Shown here piece after piece: positions 18,446 to 25,235 of a stretch of DNA of 40,186 nt. The notes beneath the pieces are model-generated. The model made no database searches. It was not told the DNA's origin and saw nothing but the letters and a program-made list of their open reading frames with translations. Source of the stretch: a virus; IMG/VR virus record IMGVR_UViG_3300023284_002520, positions 1 through 40,186 of that record; one strand, given 5' to 3'. The stretch's first letter is position 1, and each line of letters opens with the position of its first letter. Both the position numbers and the translations under genes were made by a program.

Positions 18446-18670
18446 CTATATTAATTTTGTAGTCGTAATTTGCCAACCCCACATAAAATTAGGTGGGCTA
18501 AACATTACCGGTGTTTCCATTGTTATTATACTACATTTTGGATTTTTACATTGTTTTTGAGGCATTTGTGTATTAAATGCACTGAATTTGATGAAACATT
18601 TTCTATCTATATTAGGATTAAATTCTGTATCTGCAAAAGTCATTGTTGGATAATTAAAGCCGTTGATCAT
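18446..18670 (-). CDS. Hypothetical protein (74 aa)
   Basis: Track ORF. ATGA overlap with the upstream micro-ORF. Last gene of the micro-gene array. Confidence 0.5.
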   Translation of the reverse strand: MINGFNYPTMTFADTEFNPNIDRKCFIKFSAFNTQMPQKQCKNPKCSIITMETPVMFSPPNFMWGWQITTTKLI

Positions 18671-18801
18671 AATTCTATTATTACTTTCTCTGCATTAACT
18701 GTAGCGTAATAGTGCTTACATTCTCCGCATATCATTACCTTAAAATTATCATCTACATCTTGATTTCCACAATTAGGACAAGATCTACCGTTTACTTTCA
18801 T
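18667..18801 (-). CDS. Zinc-ribbon microprotein (44 aa, MKVNGRSCPNCGNQD...CGECKHYY)
   Basis: Manual call. SD AAGGAA and two CxxC pairs. Confidence 0.45.
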   Translation of the reverse strand: MKVNGRSCPNCGNQDVDDNFKVMICGECKHYYATVNAEKVIIEL

Positions 18802-18826
18802 TATTCCTTACCTATCATACTAAGAT

Positions 18827-18961
18827 TTAATAAATTTCCTCTTTTAATGGTGTGAAATCTTCAGGCATTTCTTTATTCCAAAGTTCTAACGCTGATTTAC
18901 TACTTTTCATGAATTTTTTCATATTTTCAGTTTGTTTTTTTGTTGCTTTATGTTCTTCCAT
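18827..18961 (-). CDS. Small protein (44 aa, MEEHKATKKQTENMKKF...)
   Basis: Manual call. The ATG abuts the TAG of the upstream gene, with the AGGAGT motif upstream. Confidence 0.4.
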   Translation of the reverse strand: MEEHKATKKQTENMKKFMKSSKSALELWNKEMPEDFTPLKEEIY

Positions 18962-19351
18962 CTATCTTTCACTCCTAAGATTAATTTCTTGATGGCATGA
19001 ACAAGGACATCCTTTCCAAGTACAGTTCATACAACTATCATTAAATCTCTCTATAGAATATATAACGAATTCTCCATCTTCATCAGGTCGCCATTCCTCA
19101 TTTACTCTATATCCTGCTTGAATAGATTTAGCGACTGAGGCAGTATCTATAACTATTCCCCCACAATATCTATCATGTCCACAACATGATCCGAGTGTTC
19201 TTATTCCTTGACTATGTAATGTTGTTATTAATGGTACGAGACAACAATCTACCTTAACTTGTTTGTATTTAGTGAATGTTTTGTCATTATTATATAATAT
19301 ATAAAATGGTAGTGGTTCTTCTAATCCATCAGGTTGAATACGTTTACACAT
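18962..19351 (-). CDS. Cys-rich protein of unknown function (CC...GSCCGHD...CxxC...CPCSC)
   Basis: 129-aa track ORF. SD TAGGAGTAAG 4 nt upstream of the ATG. Confidence 0.6.
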   Translation of the reverse strand: MCKRIQPDGLEEPLPFYILYNNDKTFTKYKQVKVDCCLVPLITTLHSQGIRTLGSCCGHDRYCGGIVIDTASVAKSIQAGYRVNEEWRPDEDGEFVIYSIERFNDSCMNCTWKGCPCSCHQEINLRSER

Positions 19352-19368
19352 ATATCTTACTCCTAAGA

Positions 19369-19458
19369 TTAATCATCCTCTGCCAATAACGCAAAAAATT
19401 TACCATCGCAGTATTTATCAAGAAGTTCCTCTGTTATTCTATCAAGTTTTTTATCCAT
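19369..19458 (-). CDS. Microprotein (29 aa, MDKKLDRITEELLDKYCDGKFFALLAEDD)
   Basis: Manual call. SD AGGAGTAAGG. The ATG directly follows the upstream TAG. Confidence 0.35.
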   Translation of the reverse strand: MDKKLDRITEELLDKYCDGKFFALLAEDD

Positions 19459-19563
19459 CTAGTCCTTACTCCTATGTTTTATTCTATCTAGGATTTTTTG
19501 TGTATGCCAATCTGCATATTTTTTAATCCTATGATTCATACCACAAATACAAGGATATCTCAT
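19459..19563 (-). CDS. Microprotein (34 aa, MRYPCICGMNHRIKKYADWHTQK...)
   Basis: Manual call. SD AGGAGTAAG upstream. Confidence 0.4.
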   Translation of the reverse strand: MRYPCICGMNHRIKKYADWHTQKILDRIKHRSKD

Positions 19564-19588
19564 TTACTTCTTACTCCTATGTTTTAAG

Positions 19589-19684
19589 TTAGTCATGTAT
19601 TTTTCTCCAACATATTCTACAATAAGTTGTATCCTTATGAGTAATTGTGGTATAATGTTTACATTCATTATCTAAGTTAGTCAA
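19589..19684 (-). CDS. Zinc microprotein (31 aa, TNLDNECKHYTTITHKDTTYCRICWRKIHD), paralog of 19681..19797
   Basis: Manual call. TTG start in a TTGA overlap. Shares the xNxECK N-terminus with the upstream ORF. Confidence 0.35.
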   Translation of the reverse strand: MTNLDNECKHYTTITHKDTTYCRICWRKIHD

Positions 19685-19797
19685 TCAAAAACACTCCAAG
19701 ATTTGTAAAGTAAACCACAAGCAGTACAAAAAATAGCGTTAGATATAGTTAACCAACTATGAATAACACACTTACATTCATTATTTACTGTCGTCAT
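19681..19797 (-). CDS. Zinc microprotein (38 aa, MTTVNNECKCVIHSW...FCTACG...)
   Basis: Manual call with ATGA overlap. Confidence 0.4.
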   Translation of the reverse strand: MTTVNNECKCVIHSWLTISNAIFCTACGLLYKSWSVFD

Positions 19798-19919
19798 TCT
19801 TTATTACCCATATCTCTTATACATTTCAGTATTCTATATTGAGTGAGTGTAATCTCTCCATGTCCTTTACATTGAGTATATTGTATATAATCCCATATTT
19901 TTTTTAGTTTTGTTATCAT
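19794..19919 (-). CDS. Microprotein (41 aa, MITKLKKIWDYIQYTQCKGHGE...)
   Basis: Manual call. The ATG lies 1 nt after the upstream TAG. Confidence 0.4.
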   Translation of the reverse strand: MITKLKKIWDYIQYTQCKGHGEITLTQYRILKCIRDMGNKE

Positions 19920-19920
19920 T

Positions 19921-20046
19921 CTATTTCTTCCTTATTACCTCAAAATCTTTTGGTGGTTTCTGATTCCAGTCTATTTTATTCTGTTTAACTACGGTTCTTA
20001 GAATTATATTATAGAGGAATTTTTCATCTGATCTTAATAGTCTCAT
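19921..20046 (-). CDS. Microprotein (41 aa, MRLLRSDEKFLYNIILRTVVKQ...)
   Basis: Manual call with ATGA overlap to the 66-aa ORF. Confidence 0.4.
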   Translation of the reverse strand: MRLLRSDEKFLYNIILRTVVKQNKIDWNQKPPKDFEVIRKK

Positions 20047-20243
20047 TTTAACAAACCCGTAAATTTTTTTAGAAATTCTTCTGGATTTAGATAACCTTGA
20101 TAGTGTGGTGTACGTATTTCAACTTTATAAGCTACGCCCTTTTTGTCTATCCAAATTCTAAATATGTAATCATCACCGTGTTTTAATAGAGTAATGAAAG
20201 CTTTCCCGTAATAATCAGGATCTTTATCTTTTTCTTCAGACAT
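20043..20243 (-). CDS. Hypothetical protein (66 aa)
   Basis: Track ORF with TAATG overlap upstream. Confidence 0.55.
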   Translation of the reverse strand: MSEEKDKDPDYYGKAFITLLKHGDDYIFRIWIDKKGVAYKVEIRTPHYQGYLNPEEFLKKFTGLLK

Positions 20244-20326
20244 TAATTAATCACCAAAATTACTAACGAAACTCCCAAGGCAAATATAGGAAAACCCCAA
20301 CGAATACATTCTTTGTAATCTGTCAA
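20243..20326 (-). CDS. Possible 27-aa membrane peptide (TDYKECIRWGFPIFALGVSLVILVIN)
   Basis: Manual call. TTG start in a TTGA overlap and TAATG overlap at the 3' end. Hydrophobic C-terminal half. Confidence 0.3.
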   Translation of the reverse strand: MTDYKECIRWGFPIFALGVSLVILVIN

Positions 20327-20445
20327 CTAGAAATATACTCCTTTAAGGCTTTTTGATATTCATCATAAACTTTATCTAATTTTAATTTTAAAGCATGATA
20401 TTGCTTAGTTTTCCTATCTAGTTTACTCTTTTTGTAATTTATCAT
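20323..20445 (-). CDS. Microprotein (40 aa, Lys-rich helical)
   Basis: Manual call with ATGA overlap. Confidence 0.4.
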   Translation of the reverse strand: MINYKKSKLDRKTKQYHALKLKLDKVYDEYQKALKEYISS

Positions 20446-20543
20446 TCTATTACATCATGTCCAGGTCTATATCCATTATTATGTACTAATTGATAATGAT
20501 TAATCTCTTGGCCACAACCGCACTTACAGGTCATTTTACCCAT
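20442..20543 (-). CDS. Cys/His microprotein (33 aa, MGKMTCKCGCGQEINHYQLVHNN...)
   Basis: Manual call with TAATG overlap. Confidence 0.4.
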   Translation of the reverse strand: MGKMTCKCGCGQEINHYQLVHNNGYRPGHDVIE

Positions 20544-20671
20544 TATTCTAACTCCAAGTTAATCACACCTTTAGTTTGCTTCACAATTATAGTATTACGC
20601 TTTTTACAATGTTTACATTTTACATGTCGTTTTTCTCTTCTTTGAATTGTTCTAGTTTCTATAAAGCTCAT
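20543..20671 (-). CDS. Basic zinc microprotein (42 aa, ...KRHVKCKHCKKRN...)
   Basis: Manual call. SD GGTGGG upstream. Confidence 0.4.
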   Translation of the reverse strand: MSFIETRTIQRREKRHVKCKHCKKRNTIIVKQTKGVINLELE

Positions 20672-20672
20672 T

Positions 20673-20801
20673 TTACCCACCTTTACAGCCCTCTCCTATG
20701 TGATCTGTAACCTTTAACGGAATTAAAGGACCAGCTTGTAACCCACATTTAGAACATTTTCCATTTGCTACGTAAAACTCTTTTGAATGTAAATTACCCA
20801 A
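20673..20801 (-). CDS. Zinc microprotein (42 aa, GNLHSKEFYVANGKCSKCG...), first gene of the minus-strand unit
   Basis: Manual call. TTG start 7 nt after GGAG. Confidence 0.35.
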   Translation of the reverse strand: MGNLHSKEFYVANGKCSKCGLQAGPLIPLKVTDHIGEGCKGG

Positions 20802-20880
20802 CTTTTTTCTCCAATAAGTTAGTATATAATTATCACTATTTAAATATTAGATAATATTAGTTTACGCATGAAGGTAAATC
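20802..20880. promoter_or_regulatory. Divergent promoter region between the minus-strand unit and plus-strand early block A
   Basis: 79-nt AT-rich spacer with the palindromic ATTTAAAT core and TATAAT (20825..20830). No transcript data. Confidence 0.35.
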
Positions 20881-21294
20881 ATGGTATTAATAAAAAACCC
20901 AAATAACATCGGCTATGTAGCGTTACAACCTGATCCTCATTGGGAACCTATCAAATCCGCTTTCGATATAGAATATTACAAGTTTAATTATCTTCGAGGA
21001 TTGAAACCCCTACAAGAAGAGAGAAAACTAATTTTTGTTGTATCCACTACGAAAGAAATAGAAGAGAAATATAAAATTAAGCCTATTCCGTTAGATAAAT
21101 ATGAGCATCCGGAAACTAATGCTGTCTATGTGTTTGGTCCAGACAAATATGCAGAGTTTGTAAAAGATATTAAAATGGTACATTTAGAGGGCGACTATAT
21201 CACAATACCTATAGATAATAAAGAGATGCCGTTGTTTAGCTATCAAGCAGTATGTATAATAATTTGGGACAGAAGGATGCGAGGATTTGAATGA
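20881..21294 (+). CDS. SPOUT (TrmL/SpoU)-like protein candidate
   Basis: 137 aa. AVYVFGPDKY...ITIPIDNKEMPLFSYQAVCIIIWDR parallels TrmL DYLMFGPETRG...IRIPM...SMNLSNAVSVVVYEA. Remote similarity judged by eye only. Confidence 0.3.
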   Translation: MVLIKNPNNIGYVALQPDPHWEPIKSAFDIEYYKFNYLRGLKPLQEERKLIFVVSTTKEIEEKYKIKPIPLDKYEHPETNAVYVFGPDKYAEFVKDIKMVHLEGDYITIPIDNKEMPLFSYQAVCIIIWDRRMRGFE

Positions 21295-21312
21295 ATATAA
21301 CGGGAGAAAGAA

Positions 21313-21849
21313 TTGATTAACGAGAAACAACTTGAATATAAAGACAATGGGATTGTGGTTATTCAAAAGAAAAGCCTAACCTGGAGACAGATAACAAATT
21401 ATAAAAATCAACTTAGCGGTAAAATTGCTAATTATTATAATCAAGTTCAAGAGTGTGAAGATAAAATTAACTCATTTAAACAAAAAATCGAATCGTTAGA
21501 ATTAGAATTAAAAAAGTTAAATTCAAAAGAAGTTGAATCCATTATATGGCAACAAAGAGAAGATGAAAAAATAGCACACAAACGAGCATTAGATTTACTC
21601 CGTGAACATATTGGAATTGAAGCTTATACAGAACTTATGGAAAAACATAGGATTTTTTGGAAAACTAATAACGGTATGAGGTATAAAATGACTGATGTAG
21701 GTCAAGTTTACCGACATGAAAATAAAAAATGGTATAAACTTTGTATTATTCGTCCTAAATCATTACCATTACCTGACACCATTCTAGCTATTCTAACATC
21801 TGTAAAAAATAATCCTAGAAAATTTCCAAATGTTAGGAGAAGGAGGTGA
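21313..21849 (+). CDS. Hypothetical coiled-coil protein with basic C-terminus
   Basis: 178-aa track ORF. TTG start 6 nt after GGGAG. Confidence 0.5.
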   Translation: MINEKQLEYKDNGIVVIQKKSLTWRQITNYKNQLSGKIANYYNQVQECEDKINSFKQKIESLELELKKLNSKEVESIIWQQREDEKIAHKRALDLLREHIGIEAYTELMEKHRIFWKTNNGMRYKMTDVGQVYRHENKKWYKLCIIRPKSLPLPDTILAILTSVKNNPRKFPNVRRRR

Positions 21850-21853
21850 TTTT

Positions 21854-22060
21854 ATGGTTAAGGTAAAACAAATGAGTAAAAAAGGTGATGAACGAGAAGA
21901 TATGCCAAAACAACAATTACTAACTCTATTAGAAAAACTCGGTAAAAATAAACACTTCTTAGTAAATGCTGAAACAAACACAATCATTAAAGATCATTCT
22001 GAGATTACAGAAGATATGGCAATAACAATCATGCCAGTTGTATCAGGAGGAAATATGTAA
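21854..22060 (+). CDS. ThiS/MoaD/SAMP-like ubiquitin-like (beta-grasp) protein, C-terminus ...MPVVSGG-NM
   Basis: The real start is ATG 21854, directly after GGAGGTGAT. The track start at 21830 lies upstream of that SD. 68 aa whose pattern matches ThiS/MoaD (LLxLLExLG...VNxxxI...EDxxIxIxPxVSGG). Confidence 0.55.
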   Translation: MVKVKQMSKKGDEREDMPKQQLLTLLEKLGKNKHFLVNAETNTIIKDHSEITEDMAITIMPVVSGGNM

Positions 22061-22261
22061 ATGACTAAAACACAGATAAACAAGAAATGGTTAGTACAAT
22101 ACGTGATGTCTGAAAAACACGTGAGTAACTTTGACTATTGGAGCTTTTGGTTCATACATGACATCAAGGCAAAGATGTGGAAGAAATATGGTGTCGTTGG
22201 TTTTCTATGGATAGAGATCAAACAACTTCTTGCGTGTATTGGATTAGTGCCTAAAATATAA
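22061..22261 (+). CDS. Hypothetical protein, Trp-rich with hydrophobic C-terminus
   Basis: 66-aa track ORF. SD AGGAGG is supplied by the GG codons of the upstream gene. Confidence 0.5.
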   Translation: MTKTQINKKWLVQYVMSEKHVSNFDYWSFWFIHDIKAKMWKKYGVVGFLWIEIKQLLACIGLVPKI

Positions 22262-22464
22262 TGCTGCCAGTTAGTGAGGCATACAAGCGTAAAGGTAGAA
22301 GAGAATCTAGACTGCCTGACTTTAGAAAAAAACCTGACTATGGAACAAAAACAAAGCTTCCGACTGAATTAAAAACTAAGAAGGTTTGTTTCATATGTGG
22401 TAGAAAAGCCGTAACAACTTTTAAGGAAGATTTTAGATGTGAGACACACCAGGCTTATGAGTGA
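22261..22464 (+). CDS. Basic zinc-binding protein (CFIC...C..H)
   Basis: 67-aa track ORF. Confidence 0.5.
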   Translation: MLPVSEAYKRKGRRESRLPDFRKKPDYGTKTKLPTELKTKKVCFICGRKAVTTFKEDFRCETHQAYE

Positions 22465-22870
22465 AATTGAAGACAATGAAATAATTGAGGTTGCAATAGA
22501 CGATGTAAAGCTAGATCCTGACAATCCTAACAAGATGACTCAACGTGAAGAGGACGGCCTTGAAGCTTCTATGAAAGGTAAATCTGGTTATGCGAATTTA
22601 ATAGCTGTTGATGCTAACATGATTATTGTAAATGGAGAGCATCGATACAACAAACTAAAAGCTAGTGGCCGTACAAAAATCAAAGTCATTAAACTAAATA
22701 AAATTAAAACCGCTACTGAAAGAAAATTTGAAAGACAAATTCAGAATAAGCTACATGGTAGATTCGATAAAAAGATGGAGCTTGAAGAATATAAGGAATT
22801 TTTAGAAAAGAAGCTTTTACCGGACTTGGCACACAAATTAGGTAGTAATGAGGACGAATTCATTGCATAA
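22457..22870 (+). CDS. ParB-like nuclease (ParB N-terminal) domain protein
   Basis: IEVAIDDVKLDPDNPN...IIVNGEHRY pattern. ATG 22457 overlaps the upstream stop. Ends at TAA 22868..22870, in frame with the methylase sequence. Confidence 0.6.
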   Translation: MSEIEDNEIIEVAIDDVKLDPDNPNKMTQREEDGLEASMKGKSGYANLIAVDANMIIVNGEHRYNKLKASGRTKIKVIKLNKIKTATERKFERQIQNKLHGRFDKKMELEEYKEFLEKKLLPDLAHKLGSNEDEFIA

Positions 22871-22987
22871 CTTGAAGCTGCATTCGGTGTAGCTAAGAAT
22901 CTGGACCAAGTACCTGAGAAGGTTAACACTCGTACTAAATTTGGTGACATATGGGAGCTGGGAGAGCATAGAGTAGTAGTCGGTGAT

Positions 22988-23572
22988 GTGTTCAAAGAAG
23001 AATCAATGGAAAAGCTTATCGGTACAGGCAAACAACCTAGATTGATTTTAACTGATCCTCCATACGACATGAAAGAATATGATTATTTCAAGCCGTTTTT
23101 TGAAGCTCAACAAAACATAGAGGTTTTAATCATGATGGATGATCACGGTAGTAAGGAATTATGCCTAAGATATCATAAATATTTTGTGGGTAATTTTGTA
23201 CTTGTATTTAATGCTCCCAGTAAATTCCCTAATCAACCAATGAATTCACATAGATTGATATGCCATTATCGTAAAGGCAGAACCAACTTTCAAAACCTAC
23301 ATGATGCATTCGGTACTGTACATAATATGGTACTGGCCAAGACGGGACTAATAAAACAAGAGAAACCGATAGAACTGCCGAAGAGATTCATTATACACTA
23401 TACAAGACTTGGTGAAATAGTACTGGATTTGTTTGGTGGATCTGGCAGTACACTAATTGCATGTGAATCTGCAGGACGTGTATGTTATACTATGGAGATT
23501 GACCCTAAACATGTTGACTATATTATACAAAGATGGGAAGATTTGACTCATAAAGAAGCAATTAAGGTTTAG
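22988..23572 (+). CDS. DNA methyltransferase (N6A/N4C class, DPPY) with truncated start. Conserved sequence extends upstream to 22871 without a start codon
   Basis: TDPPY at 23054..23065 and FGGSGST near the C-terminus. The in-frame upstream segment encodes TKFGDIWELGEHRVVVGD, typical of ParB-methylase fusions. Confidence 0.6.
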   Translation: MFKEESMEKLIGTGKQPRLILTDPPYDMKEYDYFKPFFEAQQNIEVLIMMDDHGSKELCLRYHKYFVGNFVLVFNAPSKFPNQPMNSHRLICHYRKGRTNFQNLHDAFGTVHNMVLAKTGLIKQEKPIELPKRFIIHYTRLGEIVLDLFGGSGSTLIACESAGRVCYTMEIDPKHVDYIIQRWEDLTHKEAIKV

Positions 23573-23751
23573 TAGCCTCTGTTTCTCTCTTTAAGTTCTT
23601 TATCTCTTTGTGCGTCTGTTTGTTTTTGAAATCGCATTGTATGTGAATTCACAATGGCGGTTAGATCAGTAAGCTTATCCATTAACTCATTGACAGTAGT
23701 AACGAGTTTTACTACTTCTGGATCTTGGCTGAAAGAGTAAACGTGTTGCAT
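23569..23751 (-). CDS. Hypothetical coiled-coil protein
   Basis: 60-aa track ORF, last gene of minus block B. Confidence 0.45.
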   Translation of the reverse strand: MQHVYSFSQDPEVVKLVTTVNELMDKLTDLTAIVNSHTMRFQKQTDAQRDKELKERNRGY

Positions 23752-23779
23752 TATCTCTCCATTTTTATTTGTTCCCTAT

Positions 23780-23857
23780 TCATGTTAGTCCTTCTGCTTC
23801 TCCGATAGAACAAAAATCATCATGGTCGCCTGCTACTCCTCCGCACTCACTACACAC
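23780..23857 (-). CDS. Possible 25-aa CxxC peptide (CSECGGVAGDHDDFCS...)
   Basis: Manual call. GTG start (or TTG at 23872), no SD, in a locally GC-richer patch. Confidence 0.2.
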   Translation of the reverse strand: MCSECGGVAGDHDDFCSIGEAEGLT

Positions 23858-23917
23858 CTGGTTAACTGACAATAAGATTGTTATTACAACACAAGAATAA
23901 AAAGCTAGGGTTAGTCT

Positions 23918-24316
23918 CTACAAACTATGGTTATTGTAATATTCAAAAGCTCCTTTCAAATATACTTGGAATACTATTATAATTTGTTTTTTTCCATATT
24001 CCTTATCTTGAAACTTTGATAGTTGTGTATTTTGTTCTAGTCTACCGATTGCTTCAATGGCTTTAGCTGTGCAGATCTCAAACATTTTGTCAACTCCCCT
24101 AGCTAAACGGTCCAATTCTGGGTCAACATCGGGTGTATTACTAGATTTATTTATTTTTTCTGATTCAAATACACCTAGTTTTTGAGTTGATTTATTATTT
24201 TTACAATTTTCATCAATACACCAATGCTCATTTACTTTTACGATAGTAGCATCTTTTTTAATTATTCTATCACAAATAGGACATGGGTGATCTTTAAATT
24301 TAGATTTCATTTTCAT
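23918..24316 (-). CDS. Zinc-ribbon protein (CPIC...C...C) with helical C-terminal domain
   Basis: Track ORF, with the start trimmed to the first ATG. Confidence 0.55.
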   Translation of the reverse strand: MKMKSKFKDHPCPICDRIIKKDATIVKVNEHWCIDENCKNNKSTQKLGVFESEKINKSSNTPDVDPELDRLARGVDKMFEICTAKAIEAIGRLEQNTQLSKFQDKEYGKKQIIIVFQVYLKGAFEYYNNHSL

Positions 24317-24398
24317 CACATACTATACAAAGTCTTTTTTTAAAATCTCCATAAACAATAATCTCTTTACCGCAATTAGCACAAAGCTCACTAGTCAT
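24300..24398 (-). CDS. Zinc-ribbon microprotein (32 aa, MTSELCANCGKEIIVYGDFKKRLCIVCDENEI)
   Basis: Manual call with ATGA overlap and two CxxC pairs. Confidence 0.4.
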   Translation of the reverse strand: MTSELCANCGKEIIVYGDFKKRLCIVCDENEI

Positions 24399-24526
24399 AT
24401 CCACTCATACCTTAAACAATTAGTACAAACAACTTTTGCCAACGGTCCATCAATTCCATCTTTAACCTCATCTATACAAAGATCATTACTACCACAATTA
24501 GAACATTTAAATGAATCACTCAGTTT
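24395..24526 (-). CDS. Zinc-ribbon ORF with no canonical start (KLSDSFKCSNCGSNDLC...CTNCLRYEWI)
   Basis: Open frame with two CxxC pairs. The only candidate start before the first Cys is CTG 24523. It lies in the -1 frame relative to 24520..24675. Confidence 0.25.
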   Translation of the reverse strand, partial: KLSDSFKCSNCGSNDLCIDEVKDGIDGPLAKVVCTNCLRYEWI

Positions 24527-24675
24527 TTAATCACCGGAATAAATTTTGTTTGTGGACATAGCCAATTGCCAAGCTTACGCTTTTTATTTTTATTGTTAAA
24601 GTAATCCCTAACAGACTGAGATCCCCTAGAAACAGCTTTGTCTAGTGCATTGAATGTAGAATTATAAAAGCTCAT
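24520..24675 (-). CDS. Small basic protein (51 aa)
   Basis: Manual call with ATGA overlap to the upstream gene. Confidence 0.4.
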   Translation of the reverse strand: MSFYNSTFNALDKAVSRGSQSVRDYFNNKNKKRKLGNWLCPQTKFIPVIKN

Positions 24676-24914
24676 TCTGACTTGCTCCGATGTTCTTCTT
24701 GTTTCGTTTGTAATAAGCTCAAACTCTTTTTCATTACTTTGATCTTTTTTTTTGAATTCTTTATTACTTTTTTCCTAACTTTTACAAGCTGTTCTTTATA
24801 ATCTTCATTTTTATCTTTTAGTAATTGTAAATCTTGAATTGTTGGTTTGCCATATCTTCCAGGATTTAATGCTCTTCTTGTTGCCCACGCTAACAAAGCA
24901 GCTTCAGTGGTCAA
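24672..24914 (-). CDS. Lys-rich hypothetical protein
   Basis: 80-aa track ORF with TTG start. Contains an intact A9 run. Confidence 0.45.
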   Translation of the reverse strand: MTTEAALLAWATRRALNPGRYGKPTIQDLQLLKDKNEDYKEQLVKVRKKVIKNSKKKIKVMKKSLSLLQTKQEEHRSKSE

Positions 24915-25071
24915 TTTTTAACTGATCCTCCAATTCTGCAATTTTTTTTCTTAATTGCATATTTTCTCTCGCAAATTCTAAAGTTTCATTTTCACAGTCT
25001 GTAATACGGCTTTCAAACTTTGTTAATTTATTAAGAAAATTATTAAGTTTAGCTTCATCTTCAGCATTCAT
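24904..25071 (-). CDS. Coiled-coil microprotein (55 aa)
   Basis: Manual call with ATGA overlap. Confidence 0.4.
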   Translation of the reverse strand: MNAEDEAKLNNFLNKLTKFESRITDCENETLEFARENMQLRKKIAELEDQLKIDH

Positions 25072-25235
25072 AGTGATTTAATAAACTCCTTAAGATCTTT
25101 TACAACGTCATTCAATACAGATAAATCAATTTTAGGATCTTGATGACTAGTCGCAATTGCTACTGCAACAATTTGGTATAAATTAGATTTTTCTGGGTCA
25201 TTATGATAGCTACGATTCATAAATACAGCCGCCAT
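25068..25235 (-). CDS. Small protein (55 aa, MAAVFMNRSYHNDPEKSNLYQIVAVAIATSH...)
   Basis: Manual call. The ATG abuts the upstream TAA. Confidence 0.4.
   Translation of the reverse strand: MAAVFMNRSYHNDPEKSNLYQIVAVAIATSHQDPKIDLSVLNDVVKDLKEFIKSL

Noticed and set aside
24745-24753. The T9 (A9 on the coding strand) run inside 24672..24914 as another frameshift site.
   Set aside because: Codon-by-codon check shows the ORF reads straight through (TCA AAA AAA AAG ATC) without disruption.
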